Shown in pieces: positions 12,755 to 25,593 of a stretch of DNA of 64,000 nucleotides. Every line of letters begins with the position of its first letter. Position 1 is the first letter of the stretch. The DNA is from Massalongia carnosa (taxonomy: Eukaryota). A program made the translations under genes and the position numbers. The stretch spans positions 1,674,001 through 1,738,000 of the forward strand of contig OZ287067.1 in NCBI GenBank assembly GCA_965645245.1. Reading direction: 5' to 3'. A model generated the notes under the pieces. The model was not told the DNA's origin and ran no database searches. It saw only the letters and a list, made by a program, of their open reading frames with translations.

Positions 12755-14051
12755 TATCAAGTCTTTTTCCCTGACTTTCCCGCGCCCCACAGGTCTCCGG
12801 AGCCATTCACAGAAGCTATGTACTACATACCTTCGAATTGCCGGAAACGCCGTCCAAAGCCAAAGTGCATGTATAACTGGTAGAGGGGCCTGTTCTACCT
12901 ATCTATATCCCATATCCAGGGTCTGTCTACACGTTATCACCACAAAGAGAAAATATCGCGACTTTCTCCAATCTTGCTTCTTGTCTCTTCACCCCCCTAT
13001 CTATTTATTTCGGAAGGAAGAGAGATGGGGGAGATTGAGAGATGAAAGAAATGTAGAAAAGTAAGAGGCCCCCTTCAACTCTGAACGAGAATGATGATTG
13101 ATTTTTTTATTCTAACCGCCTCATTCTCTTCCTCCGCTTTTACTTTTGTCATCTTCTTTTATTTATCATTTCCCTCTCTCTCTCTTTTTGTAATCTAATC
13201 TAATCTTCTCAAGTCCAGCCAGTTAGTTGGTCGATTCATTACTTAGTCGATTGTCTTTCTTGCTAGCCTAGTTGACTCGATAGATAATTGATTGATTAAC
13301 TGATCGTTTCTCTCGTTCTCCCGTTCTGTCTGCCTAGTCAAAGTATCCATCAGTCATTCACCCGTTGTATCTTTTCTTTACGTTTAACCGACTTCTTTTA
13401 TTTTTTATTTCTCTCTTTCTATTCTCTTCCTACTCTGTTTTAACTCTTCATTTCCTCAACAATTGCTCATATCATTTCATCTTGATATTTCCTAATTTAT
13501 TCAATTCTCCTCTCCTTATACATTCTGTCACGGACAAGGTCCAGATAGGGAGATATGCAAGAGTTACTATTAGAAAGCTAGGTCTAGGGATAGTATACAA
13601 GACGTCCGACGAAGAGCTCCAAACACCTGAGAAACCACATAGGTTTTATAGCCATGGCTTCCAACTCCCCTATTCTTGACTTGCCCTCATCTCTGTTCCT
13701 GTTCTAATTTCCTAACCATGATCGCTTTGACCTGTTCCGCCTTTCTCCATGCCGAAGCAATCTCTCTCTGCTGGGCAATCCCAGTCGTAGGCTTGGATAG
13801 TGGAGACGTTGAGATTGGATTCGGGATATAGGAGTTTGGGAGTGCACTGAAGGCAGCGGAAGAACGTCTGAACACATGGGGTGAGGTTTCAGGATAGTTC
13901 GGAATAACGGGCCACGGTTCCATTCAACATGCAGGGCAGGTTTCACGGCAAGAGAGCCTGTTAAATACTAACCCGATCAGGAAACGTGGGAGGGTGCGAG
14001 GTAATTCCATGACAGTAGGTCCCTCTTCAAGGCGGAGCTCCTGCGATGCTA

Positions 14052-17000
14052 CTATTCCTGGCAGCGGCAACGGGGTAGATTGCAAGGGGTGTGATGTGGT
14101 CCGGCAGCTGTGGGGTAAGCCTGATGATATTCGTTTAGAGCTTGCTGACAGTTGGTTAGGAAATTGAAAGGTTCCCATGTGGGATTGTGACCTTCCCAAT
14201 TAACGAAATATTGAAGGAGTGGAGGTTGAAATCGTCGGTCGTATTTGAAGTTCAATACGCTGTTCACATACCATTCTCGCTGTCCGTCTTCTGCTTCGAC
14301 GGGTTCACGAGGGGCGGGATGCTGGCCAGGAAGGGGGTCATCTGCTTCATGCTGCAGAAGGTTTGCATGGAAAACTGGGTGGATCTTGACACCAGGAGGA
14401 AGCTCCAATTGTATCACTAGAGGGTTTGAGAAAACTCGACTGACCGCATAGGGTCCGATGTTTCGATCGTCTAACTTGACGGTGGGTCTCGCTGTTTGAA
14501 GATTCTTTGTGTTTAACCATACCATATCACCCACTTTATAGCGGGGGCATGGTCGGCGGTTTGCATTGGCAGTGGATTCATAGATGGCTTGAGCGATTAA
14601 CATTTCATCATGAAGATGAGTTTCTAAGTCTCTCATCCTGTCCGCGAACTTATTAGCTGCGATCAGATTATTTCGACTTTGAGCGGTAATGTCCGTCGGG
14701 AGAGGCTCGGAGGGTTCGAATCCTATACGGGGGTGTTGACCAGAATTTGCTAGAAATTGCGAAGCAAGATTTGTGGAAGAGTCCGTATTACTAGCCGCGA
14801 ATTCAGCGCCTGGTAGCCACTTGGCCCAATCATCCTGCATATGGTTGACATAGGCTCTAAGGTAATACTCCATGGAGGCGTTGGCTCGTTCTGTCTGGCC
14901 ATCGGTTTCCGGGTGGTATCCGGTGGACAACCGTGTGTCGATTTTTAGCCGCTTACACAGCAATTCCCATAGTTCCGATACGAACTGCGAACCTCGATCT
15001 GATACGAGAACATCAGGTAGGCCATGATGCTTCCATACATTCTGATAGAAGGCATCTACGGCTTCTTCGACTTCCATGGATGTGACTGGAGCCAGATGGC
15101 GCATCTTGGTTAGGCGATCTATGAAAACTAGAATGTACCGATAGGTGATTCCCATGAAGGTGCTGGCCGAGAGGGGTCCGACATAATCCATAGCAACATC
15201 GCGCCAGCGACGCTCAGGTGGAGGTAAGGGCCTAAGCCACCCTTGATAACGTTCACGGGAGGGTTTGGCTCTTTTGCAGACATGGCAGTTTCTGACGAAT
15301 CTTTGCACCGTTTTGTGCATGCTAGGCCACCAATAGGAGCGACTGATGAGTTCATAACATTTGGCACGGCCTGGGTGTCCACCTGCGACACTATTGTGAG
15401 CGAGTTGTAGGATTCTTAGGCGAAGGCTATCTGATTTGGGTACGTATTGTCGATTTCTGAAGTACAAAATCCCATTTCTGTCTTCGCACTCTGCTAGTTG
15501 TATACCGCTATGATATCTCGATCCGTTTCGAAGCATTTCTAGAACACGGGTTGAAAACTTATCTCTATCCAGGGCTCGGTTCCAAAGGTCCTGAGTGGCC
15601 ACGTCCATTGGGTCATCGTCGGGGTTTAGCTGATCAGTAACTAAATCTAGTTGGGGTTCTTCATGATCCGTCTCTGTGTCATCATCCTCGTCAAGATCTT
15701 GTTCTTGATCAAGAATAGCAGGAGCGAGCACTATGGGGTATGGGGAGGTTCCAACCATGGTTGAATTGAAGCTCTCGGCTACTCCGTCGTCTAGGTTATG
15801 CGTTTTCAGTATCGTCTGATGCTGAAATGAGTTCCGCTCATCGGTTTCATCCCCTTCTTCAGGGAGGTCTCCTGACCGTCGAGTTAGGGCATCCGGTTTA
15901 CCGCCGGCTCTCCCAGGTCGGTAGACTATCTTATAGTCGAAGCGAGATAGAAACTCACTCCATCGGGCCTGGCGCCGACTCAAAAGCTTGGTAGAGGTGA
16001 AATATTCCAGGTTCTTATGGTCTGAAATAACATCGATGGGTTGAGCGGAGCCTTCTAGTTCAGGTCTCCATTCCTCGAAAGCTCGAACTATGGCCATGAG
16101 TTCTTTGTCATAGATCTCATAGTTACACTCGGCAGGGTTATGCTTTTTCGAGAAGTATGCGACGGGACGCAAGATATCTTTTTCATCATATTGCGATAGG
16201 ATACCCGCCGATACAAAGTCGGAGGCGTCCGTTTCGACCACGATTTTCTTGTCTGGATCAAAGTGTATGAGAATAAGATCGGAGGTAAATGCTTTTTTCA
16301 TCGTATTGAAGGCTTGTTGACAATCGCTAGTCCAGGAGAATTTCGTTCCCTTCTTGGTTAGGTTCGTCAACGGCGAGGCTATTTTACTGAACCCCAATAC
16401 GAAACGCCTGTAGAAATTGGCGAATCCTAGAAAGCTTTGAACATCCCTAACGTTAACGGGCGCAGGCCAATTGATGACGGTATCGATCTTGGCAGGATCC
16501 ATCTTGACTCCCTTAGTAGTGACGATGAGACCCAAATAGGGGACCTCGGTGACTCCGAAGGCGCACTTGGTGATGTCCGCTTGGAGTCCGGCCTCTCTGA
16601 GTTTGACAAGGACTTGTTTTACATGTAGGTCATGTTCGATTTCGTCATCACTATAGATGAGGATGTCATCTAGATACGCGGTGCAGAATCTATCTAAGTA
16701 TTCCCTCAGGGTGTCATTGATATAATGTTGAAACGAGGCAGGTCCGTTACACAGACCGAAAGGCATGACAAGATATTCGTAGAGACCGAAACGAGTCCGG
16801 AAAGCAGTAAGTTCTTCGTCTCCCTCTTTGATTCTTAGGCGATTGAATGCTGATATAATATCCAACTTGGTAAATATCTTGGCTTTGCACAAACGGTTGA
16901 GGGTCTCGGTGATTAGAGGTATTGGATAACGATTTTTTATGGTGACAGCGTTTAGTCCTCGGTAGTCGACGCAGAATCGAAGTCCTCCGCCGGGCTTCTT

Positions 17001-18437
17001 AACAAACATAACCGGGGAGGCTGCATGTGAGCGGCTAGATCGAATGAATCCTTTTGTTAGATTCTCATCTAGATAACGACGAAGTTCCTGGATCTCATCA
17101 CGACTCATCCCGTAAAGAGCTTGATTAGGTGGTTGAAAACCTTCTTTTAAGACGATGGCGTGACCATAGGAGCGGTGTTCCGGTAGTTTATCGGACTCCT
17201 TTCTGGAAAAGACATCTAGGTAGTCGTGGTATTGCTTTGGAAGCAGAGGTGCCGGGTCAACGTTCTTTTGCTGCCGAGCGTGCTCAAGTTCTTCTTGAGT
17301 GACGGAGGTTTCTAGGGTGAGTTCATTGTGCATTCTGCAAATGGCTAGGTGCATGTCCTTATCACTTGGACAGGCCTTAGTGTTAAATGGGGGGAAAACT
17401 TGGGTTGCTATTAACTTAATAGATGACCTGGAGCTAGGGCTAGGGGGTTTTAAAGGCGATTCTATACCTAAGAACCGGTCTATTTCTTGGAGGGAGATAC
17501 TGAATATCTCGTGGTCCTTCTGTCTTGCGAGGCGGTCAAATGTGCCGGCGCTCACCTCACTGACTCGAAGCTGGGCTAGGTAGGTTGGTGCGGATTCAAC
17601 CGCGGTTAGTTTACTGAGCAGGGGGTTTGAGGTATGTAGGCGAGGTGCTAAACGAACGTAGCTCCCGGACCGGTATCGGATCCTAGGGGAGACGCCTTTT
17701 TGCATGGCAGTTAGGATTCGACTGGGACCGTCTTCAGCCTGAAAGTCAAATTTCGATGGTTCTGTTTGACAAGATTGCAGAATGGTTTCTTGATCTTTAG
17801 TCTCCCATACCTTCTGACTTTCGGCAGGCATAAGGAACTGTTCTTCCTCGGCGGTGGTTGAATGAACCATTACGGGGCCGGGACAGCAATGTGCTAGGCA
17901 AAATGGGGAGGATAATGACAGGGTATTATTGGCGAAGTTAGTGATAGCGCCATGTCGACGCAGCCATGGGTGTCCTAGGACGATGGGGTAATGTCTTAAT
18001 CCGGTCACATATAGGAACAGTTTCTCTATGTGTCCATTGAGATCCATGGTTACTTCTGCCACATGGGTGATGTTTCCGGTCAGAGCAGGCTGACCATCGA
18101 AACCTAGGAGTCGGCGAGGGTATTTAAGGGGGTGAAGGGGGAATTGATGAAGGTGCGCGAATTCTTTATCGATGAATAAGTAACCTGATGCACCACAGTC
18201 CACGAGAAGTAAAGCTCTTATCCTTGCTTGCAGACGACGTAATATACATGAGACAACCATATGGCTGTCTTTGAAAGTTTCATCGTTTTCAAACAAGGTC
18301 AAAGCGGACGCTGCAGAAAAACGAGCGTTGGACATTAGGGGGGGTGAAAATGATGCAGAAAGGAGACATGCAGAAATCAATAAATCAGACTTTCGAAGCC
18401 CTCGTATGCGACTGAATACGGGGCTCAGGCTTTTCCC
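14052..18437 (-). CDS. pol: Gypsy Pol: protease, RT, RNase H, integrase, chromodomain
   Basis: [28 protein letters not shown] zinc finger, DDE (SDRG..ER), GPY, chromodomain (YFVNWEG..PTWEP). Frame is open back to the GGGAAAA slippery site. Confidence 0.95.
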   Translation of the reverse strand, partial: GKSLSPVFSRIRGLRKSDLLISACLLSASFSPPLMSNARFSAASALTLFENDETFKDSHMVVSCILRRLQARIRALLLVDCGASGYLFIDKEFAHLHQFPLHPLKYPRRLLGFDGQPALTGNITHVAEVTMDLNGHIEKLFLYVTGLRHYPIVLGHPWLRRHGAITNFANNTLSLSSPFCLAHCCPGPVMVHSTTAEEEQFLMPAESQKVWETKDQETILQSCQTEPSKFDFQAEDGPSRILTAMQKGVSPRIRYRSGSYVRLAPRLHTSNPLLSKLTAVESAPTYLAQLRVSEVSAGTFDRLARQKDHEIFSISLQEIDRFLGIESPLKPPSPSSRSSIKLIATQVFPPFNTKACPSDKDMHLAICRMHNELTLETSVTQEELEHARQQKNVDPAPLLPKQYHDYLDVFSRKESDKLPEHRSYGHAIVLKEGFQPPNQALYGMSRDEIQELRRYLDENLTKGFIRSSRSHAASPVMFVKKPGGGLRFCVDYRGLNAVTIKNRYPIPLITETLNRLCKAKIFTKLDIISAFNRLRIKEGDEELTAFRTRFGLYEYLVMPFGLCNGPASFQHYINDTLREYLDRFCTAYLDDILIYSDDEIEHDLHVKQVLVKLREAGLQADITKCAFGVTEVPYLGLIVTTKGVKMDPAKIDTVINWPAPVNVRDVQSFLGFANFYRRFVLGFSKIASPLTNLTKKGTKFSWTSDCQQAFNTMKKAFTSDLILIHFDPDKKIVVETDASDFVSAGILSQYDEKDILRPVAYFSKKHNPAECNYEIYDKELMAIVRAFEEWRPELEGSAQPIDVISDHKNLEYFTSTKLLSRRQARWSEFLSRFDYKIVYRPGRAGGKPDALTRRSGDLPEEGDETDERNSFQHQTILKTHNLDDGVAESFNSTMVGTSPYPIVLAPAILDQEQDLDEDDDTETDHEEPQLDLVTDQLNPDDDPMDVATQDLWNRALDRDKFSTRVLEMLRNGSRYHSGIQLAECEDRNGILYFRNRQYVPKSDSLRLRILQLAHNSVAGGHPGRAKCYELISRSYWWPSMHKTVQRFVRNCHVCKRAKPSRERYQGWLRPLPPPERRWRDVAMDYVGPLSASTFMGITYRYILVFIDRLTKMRHLAPVTSMEVEEAVDAFYQNVWKHHGLPDVLVSDRGSQFVSELWELLCKRLKIDTRLSTGYHPETDGQTERANASMEYYLRAYVNHMQDDWAKWLPGAEFAASNTDSSTNLASQFLANSGQHPRIGFEPSEPLPTDITAQSRNNLIAANKFADRMRDLETHLHDEMLIAQAIYESTANANRRPCPRYKVGDMVWLNTKNLQTARPTVKLDDRNIGPYAVSRVFSNPLVIQLELPPGVKIHPVFHANLLQHEADDPLPGQHPAPREPVEAEDGQREWYVNSVLNFKYDRRFQPPLLQYFVNWEGHNPTWEPFNFLTNCQQALNEYHQAYPTAAGPHHTPCNLPRCRCQE

Positions 18438-19638
18438 GCTGCATCGTCAGAGGCGTCGGAGTCGTTGTAAAGGACAAGAGACCGAATAGTAGACGGGGCC
18501 TTCTTGTTGGGACAGTCGATTGCGGTCTTCCCAGGGTGCGATTGCTTACAGTAGAAGCATAGTCTCCATTGCTCGCAGATTTCCTTGACTCCGGGGACTT
18601 TCAGGCTTTGGCCTTTCACAGCGGCCATGGCGGAGCTGAGGTCCATCGGATCCCCTGCGGGAAGAGAAGGAATCGCAGCAGGGGTGACGGCTGGAGCGAC
18701 GACGATGGTGGAGGAGCGGGGGGCAGGACTCCTGACAACGGCAGTGGTGGTGGCGACGGATGCCCCCTTTTTAGTTGAGGAGTTGCTAATTGATGCTCCA
18801 GAGGTTTGGCGTGGCGAGATATGCCTGATTTGACGAATTTTTCGATCCGTTTGGGCCCACATTGCAACATGTTCGTCGAAGGTGACGGGCTCCTGATTGG
18901 TTCCGGGGACTCGATAATGGATGGCCGCTGTTTGGGTGGAATAGTTGATGTTGGCCTTCATCGCATCGATGAGGGAGGCGTCTTCCATTCTAGATCGTTC
19001 CTTCTTCTGAGAGAAAGGTTGTAATATTCCTCAAAAGTTAGGTTACCCTGTTTCAGGGTGTCTCGCAAATATTTACGGGCATCCTCTTGCTCGAAGGGGT
19101 TACCACAGGCCAGACGAAGTTTCGCTCTCCAGTCCGAAAAAGAGGTTAGGCGGCATAAGCCATCTATCCGGTAGGGAGTCATGAGCAGATGGGCTCGCTT
19201 GCTGATGGTGAGTCTACTCTCCGCATAAGCTATCTTGGCCTCATCGGAAAAGTATCGGTCATGGTTAATGTGCATTTTTTGAATTAGATTCTGTTCCCAA
19301 GCATCGAGTTTGTCCTCGTCACCGTCATACTCCGGTATGTCAGGAAGTTTCTCGGACCTGGGCGGAAACGCTGGTCGTTTCATTAGCTGTTCTATAATGG
19401 CGGCCAGCTGGGAGCTCGGAACGGAAGAAGAAGGAGTTGATGACGGGGTTGCTAATAATGGGTTAGGAGACGTTTGATTAATGGCTGGAGGAACCGCGTT
19501 TCGAATCTCAGCTAATTGTCGTTCCAGGTCTCGATAGGCGGCGATGAACTCGTCCGGGTTATTGCTGACATGTTCTCGCTCCTTTTGGGCTAACTCAGGT
19601 TCCTGAGGCAGATTTGCGGTTTCTTCTTGAAAAGACAT
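18425..19638 (-). CDS. gag: Gypsy Gag, split by a 1-bp deletion near 19015
   Basis: ORFs 18958-19647 and 18425-18988. The paralog at 45140 reads AACCTTTTCTCTCAG versus AACCTTTCTCTCAG here. PMDLS motif and Cys knuckle present. Confidence 0.9.
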
Positions 19639-21010
19639 GATTAACAATCGTTATAGGGGAAAGAGAAAACAAAGAAACACTTGAATGTAGGTCGGACGTA
19701 ATGTCACGGACAAGGTCCAGATAGGGAGATATGCAAGAGTTACTATTAGAAAGCTAGGTCTAGGGATAGTATACAAGACGTCCGACGAATAGCTCCAAAC
19801 ACCGGAGAAACCACATAGGTTTTATAGCCATGGCTTCCAACTCCCCTATTCTTGACTTGCCCTTATCTCTGTTCCTGTTCTAATTTCCTAACCATGATCG
19901 CTTTGACCTGTTCCGCCTTTCTCCATGCCGAAGCAATCTCTCTCTGCTGGGCAATCCCAGTCGTAGGCTTGGATAGTAGAGACGTTGAGATTGGATTCGG
20001 GATATAGGAGTTTGGGAGTGCACTGAAGGCAGCGGAAGAACGTCTGAACACATGGGGTGAGGTTTCAGGATAGTTCGGAATAACGGGCCACGGTTCCATT
20101 CAACATGCAGGGTAGGTTTCACGGCAAGAGAGCCTGTTAAATACTAACCCGATCAGGAAACGTGGGAGGGTGCGAGGTAATTCCATGACACATTCTTCTT
20201 TCCTCTTCTCTCTTTTACAACATTCCTTTATTCATCTTATATCTTAAGCGTCAACTTTTTAAATCTCATTTAAATATTTGATGATTTGTTAATCTCGTTC
20301 TCTTTCTCTCTCTCTATATTACAAAAAGAATGTTCCGAATCCCCTTGTATATATCAACACAAGAGAAAACGATACTCGCGCGCGTACAGGAGTAAAAAAT
20401 CTCGACTTTTGTAAGAAGAAAAAAAAATAAAATCAATTCAAAATACGAAAATTTCTGTTAATACTCAATCAACTTCGTGAGCACGGGAAATTGATAAAAA
20501 GGAGAAGAGATAAAGAAGATAGAAGAGAAAGATTGATAGATTGATAGATTCCACAACTTTTAACGGATACACACATTGCATTTAAAGATGAGAAATAATA
20601 ATATAACTTGATTATGATAAATAAATAAATAAATGAACAAGGAACGAGAGATAATAATCGTACGAGATAAATAAAATAGATATTTTGGTAGACAATAGAT
20701 ACATATCTGCATATCCTATCTATTCATCTAAGCTTCTCCTCGTCTTAATGCGTCAACTCCTCCAACAATCAGTTATCTTATTCAATCAATCAATCACCTA
20801 TCATTTACAGCAATAGTTTAGTTTGCTCAATAATATACGTTAAAAGTACTCAATCTATGTATTTATCTACTTATCTTCTACTCTCTTTTTGAAAAAAAAA
20901 CAAAAAAAGGAGCCTGTCCTATCCTGAGAAAGGGAGGCCAATAAACCACGGTTTTTCTGCTGGAAGTTTAGGTATGTAGGCAAGATAGAAAAAGGGGGGG
21001 GGAGTGCTTG

Positions 21011-21073
21011 GCGAGGCGAGGCGAGGCGAGATGAGATGAGATGAGATGAGATGAGGTGAGGTGGGGGGGGGGG
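21011..21073. repeat. Compound pentanucleotide microsatellite (GAGGC)n(GAGAT)n plus G run
   Basis: Direct reading. Confidence 0.9.
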
Positions 21074-21443
21074 GTTTTGTAGAGAGTAGAGAGTAGAGAA
21101 TAAAGAGAAGAATGGTTTTTAGGATCGATAGAGAAGTAGAGCAGAGCAAAGCAGAGCAGAGCAGACTTCACCTTCGCTACCCATGAACTCTCCGGCAATG
21201 ATCCCTGACGACTGCAGAACTCGAGAAATTGGCCAGATCCTTTGGGTTCTTGTAATCAGTATTGGATAGCGCATATGAACGAACTACAAAGTGGGCCTGT
21301 GGGGCTGCCACGAGGGGTTTCCAAGAGGGAATGGCGTATGTAGGTTCAATTCAACCTTCCGGTACCGAGGAACAACAGGATTTACGCTTGTGAGATCAAG
21401 TTATCAATTCGTAATTCAGGGAGTTTCCTATATGGCGTGTGTT

Positions 21444-23479
21444 CTATAGGGCCTGCTGCAGCCTCCGAACTTCTCGGTACAAGGTCTTACTCTCTCCTTC
21501 GTCACCCAACTATATGGGGTTAAGTCAACGGAAAACCGTGCAAGCAAAGTTTTCAGAGACATGGGCTTACCTTGATAAGATACGGAGTGGGCTTTCCGTC
21601 CTCAATAACAGCAAAGGATAGTGACTTCCCCGAAGGCTCGTTGCCCTTGCTGTCGCCAATTTTCATTTGTTTGAATACTGGAGCGTTGAGCAACACCCGA
21701 TACGTCTGATGAGCGCGCATGATAAACCGACCTGTCTTGTGTGTATCGTTTGCGTCGTCGAGCTTGCGTGTAGGCACATTGAGCTTGAAAGTGCCCCGTC
21801 CTCCTTCTCTCCAAGCCGTTCCATTCCAAGAGTATAGGTTGACCCGAGGCGACGAGAAGACCGATTCCTCCCCGTCTTCTCCAGTATCGACTACTTCGGC
21901 TTAGACATTGATGTGTAAAGGACAAGATGAGACTTACCGTTCTGTGGCTGAAATCTTTCGTTCCCTTCCTCGCTTTCCTGCTCTTTGATACCCTGCCCCT
22001 GAACTTCCTCGTCGCTCTCGCTGCATTCGTTCTCTTCCTCATCCTTCGCTGGAGCCCCGAACGATGTAGCTGTTCCGCTTCCGTCGTACCATTTTGCATC
22101 TCCCTTGGGTGCTGCAAAGCTGCCGAGCTTGGCTCCTTCACTGAAGATCTTTCCAAACCCGCTGCCGAATGGTACTGCTGCAAAGGCACTGGGGGTAGAT
22201 GCGCTGGACGATGTGAAGGCTGAGGCTCCAAGTGCGCCGAAACTCAGCGACGCTGGGGGGTTAAGTAAGCTAGAGCCATCGCTTTGCGGGTGATTTAGTT
22301 TCTTTGTTGAAGACGTCTCGAGGGGTGAGACCGTTGGCTTTGTTGATGCGAGTACGGATCCAAAGGAGTTAAGAGTAGTAGATCCCGTCGCCGTAGCACT
22401 TAGAGTGCCAAATGGTGATAGTGGTGACCCAGAAAATTTTGCAAAACTAGAAGCTGCAAAAGCGGATATGGAGGTCTGTGATTGGTGGTCCCCCGGGGTC
22501 AGAGAAGGGCCAGCCTGACTTTCATTAGGGCCAACTTCTGCCAATGATCCTGTAGATGAAACGACAAATGGATTTACAGAAGCTCCAGCTCCAGGTTGCT
22601 ATTTTTGAGTCAGCTTCAAGCTGCCATGAATAGCTTATACAAGGGACATACATCTGAGGCTACAAGACCATCATCACTATTTCTTAGTCCGTCTGGTGCA
22701 TTGGGGTATCCGTTTACAGCTTCTGCTGAGATAACATCATTTTCCAAGCTATGTGTATGTAGATCCCGTTCATGCTCCTCTGAACTCCTCTGCGCCTTGG
22801 CTTCCTCGGTTGCGGGGATTTTCTGTTCTCGATACATCTCGGGGTCCAATTGATCTCTGCTACGCTTTTTCTTGGGGCTGAGAGTCGAGTCTTGCATCTC
22901 CTGATCAACACCATCTTGGTCCACGAGATGCAAGGCACTCTGAGAGACTGGCATGAGATGCTTGGGATCAATTTCAACCATCTCTTTGTCGTTGAGGTTA
23001 TGCTCCTCTACTTCTTGTAGAGGTATTTCCGTGGGAGTCTTTGGTCGGTTTACTCCTTCGAGACCTCCCCCCACAAGCACATCCCTAGATCGTTTCCTTA
23101 CATGCCTATTTAACGCGGTAACTTTTAGATCAATGTTGCTATCTTCTGTCCCTTCTAACTCGTCCAAAGACCGTTTCCTCAACGACCTTCCGCGAGAAAT
23201 ACTATCTGTGTCGGTGGAACCTTTGATCGATGGTGCTTCGTTCCCCGCCTCGGCACTATTATGAGCCGGAGAGCCAACAACGCTGTTTTTGGGTATAGAT
23301 GCAATAGATGTTTTCTTGAGTTTCTCACGCACAGGTCTTTCGCCCGCGTCATTGTCGCTTGCTGAATCTGTAGTTGGGTTCAGAAACGAAGCATTAGTCT
23401 TCGAGTTGCTTGATATGTCTTCACAACGAAGGTGTCCGCTGTTTTGGGCAGAATCTTCCCCATCGGACCCCAGTGTCAT
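21444..23479 (-). CDS. Ran-binding-domain protein (Yrb2/RanBP3-like, FG-rich)
   Basis: Exons 23479-22652, 22598-21938, 21890-21571, 21509-21444. FG/FxS-rich middle and C-terminal RanBD (VDTGEDGEESVF..WREGGRGTFKLNV..RFIMRAHQTYRVLLN). Confidence 0.82.
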
Positions 23480-24542
23480 GGCTTTTTGACAGTTCACCGA
23501 GGGGTTTCAAAGAAAGATCCGTGAAACAACAACTCGAAAGTGGATGGTAGAAGCGGTCGAGGGTTGCGCTGTCAGTAAGGCATGCAGGCAGCCGAATTCA
23601 TGGCCTATATGTAATGTTGTCTTCGAGATCTGACCTCTTCTAATGCGATATGACGCCCAGGTGGAAAGTAGGCAAGAAGGCGACAGGTGCAAGTAGCCGA
23701 GACGAGACGATGAATCGCAGAGGGAGGGACGTCAGCGCTCCTTCGCGATATGATCTGCAGATTGATTTCTCGCCTTATCGAGATAATGTGCCTTGTGCTT
23801 GGACTAGAATCAAGAGTCGAATGAACTCCACCATTATCAGAGAGGGTCGGTAACTGGTTTAAGGAATGTTTCAGTTAGACAAATATTCGTTGAGACGTGT
23901 TACAGGTGACGATGATGCAATCAGGGCACAACATAATGGCTCGAGTATTCTATCGACTAGAGAGAGGCCAAAGATCTTATGGTAAGACGTTGAACTATCT
24001 TTACAGCATTGATAGGGACGTGACGGGCACCGCTTTGGTTGCAAAATCTAAGTCTTGGTGAATTACCCATTCTCAATGTCTAAATAAGTATACAGAGTAT
24101 ACGTGTATTCGACCAACCCCTCCCTCCACGCCTCACATGTGCATGCCACAATCCGTCAGACCGGAACATTAGGGTCGTCATTACTATGGCGGTTTGCAGC
24201 TCAATCCCTAACTGGTCGGATTGATTGAGATATTCGGTTGTGCTACTTTACACTATAATGGCTTGAGATTGTTACAGGACAGCTATCTACCTTGCTCTCG
24301 TTAACTGGTTCTGATACAACAATTAAATCCCTAACCTTCCCTATCCGTAGAATGTTTCAATCTTAGCCTATCATGCTCCTATGTCGAGTCTCGACGCTCA
24401 ACGTGCGTCGGCTCGTCCAATATGATGTTCGGCCTTTCTGTATCACAAGAAGTCTATTGAGCTGTCAACTACTTTGCCTCTGACCATTGAGCAAGATCGC
24501 GTCTTGGAGCAACAGCGGGCTGATTCTTCCGAGGTCTTCTTT

Positions 24543-25593
24543 CTAGCTAATAAAGCACAAGCATCCGAGTCCAACGTAGAAAACAAACAAAGGGTACACC
24601 GCTATGCCAACGCGATTCTTAAGCACTCCCGAACCACCAAGAATGCTGATTCCCGCCGCTAAAGACCAGGCAATGAGAACCAGATATATTGGTATTCGAG
24701 CGATTGCTGGTAGCTTGAGAGCACTGAGCAGCGCAGCGATGACGAGCGGAAACAGTGTGTACCCGATGATGCAAACCGATTGGAAGAAGGAGCTGAAAAT
24801 CAAGTTAGAAGAGAAGCAACGCATATGGTAAGGCAACACTGACATATTACCCCCCAGCAGCTTGATCTGCATCGTTACTACCGCCTCACCTACCCAAACC
24901 AAAGCAAAGACACCTGAAAAGACGACTGTTTTCTGCTCGCTTGAAGCCGTCAAGGATAGCAGCAAGCTCAAAAGTAAACAGAATATAAGTGGTCCCCTTA
25001 AGCGATAATTCAGACATAAGTAGTGGACGCTGGGGCCGCGAAACTCACCATAAATCCCAGTCTCGCAGACCCTCGCTCATTCCACCTTGCAACACCACGT
25101 CTGCATCAGGCCACCTTCCAGCACCACCCCTGAGACCACCTGCAAAGCCTTCCCCTTCACCTCTTTCGGCGCCTCCAATGCCGCCCCCTCTTTGCAGTAG
25201 GCCACCCAGCAAATACTTCGGCCAAAGTACTTGCCGCATCTTCTCCCATACAGCTAATAAATCCCTCGATAGAGTATCCAACACGGACTCGTCAATGGTA
25301 TTGGTCGGAGCCCGTCGATCTTCGCCTGGGATGGAGGAATTCAGATAGGATTGCGAAAGTGGATTCCGAGCTGAGGATGAGGAAGATTGGATGTTGCCTG
25401 TTAACGGCGTACGATCTGAATGCGATTGTACGGGGTCATTGAGATCATTGATGCTAGCTAAAATTGGGCCGTTTAGCATACGTCAAGTAAGAAGGGAGAT
25501 GGGTGTTTCACCGTCATCGGGATCTATTAAGTCTTCTTCAATCTCAGTCGCATGGTAATTGTCATATGGATTTCCCGACGATGCGCTTGCCAT
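24543..25593 (-). CDS. YIP4: Yip1-domain Golgi membrane protein (Yip4/YIPF6-like)
   Basis: Multi-exon gene. Motifs TIDESVLDTLSRDL, RDWDLWGPL, KLLGGNISFFQSVCIIGYTLFPL, AVYPLFVFY. Confidence 0.85.

Larger units (their letters stand above)
13526..20190 (-). mobile_element. Full-length Ty3/Gypsy chromovirus LTR retrotransposon (family A, young copy)
   Basis: 489-bp TG..CA LTRs at 13526-14014 and 19702-20190 (about 5 differences), TSD CATTC on both sides, PPT GAAGAGGGACCTAC, gag and pol inside. Confidence 0.97.

Noticed and set aside
12408..13064. ORFs spanning the N run, including the listed HRQ1 end at 12774
   Set aside because: Artefacts of translating through the assembly gap
13687..13946. 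Repeated 78-80 aa ORFs (also at 19863, 44040, 51039)
   Set aside because: They recur only because they lie in copies of the same LTR; no recognisable protein features
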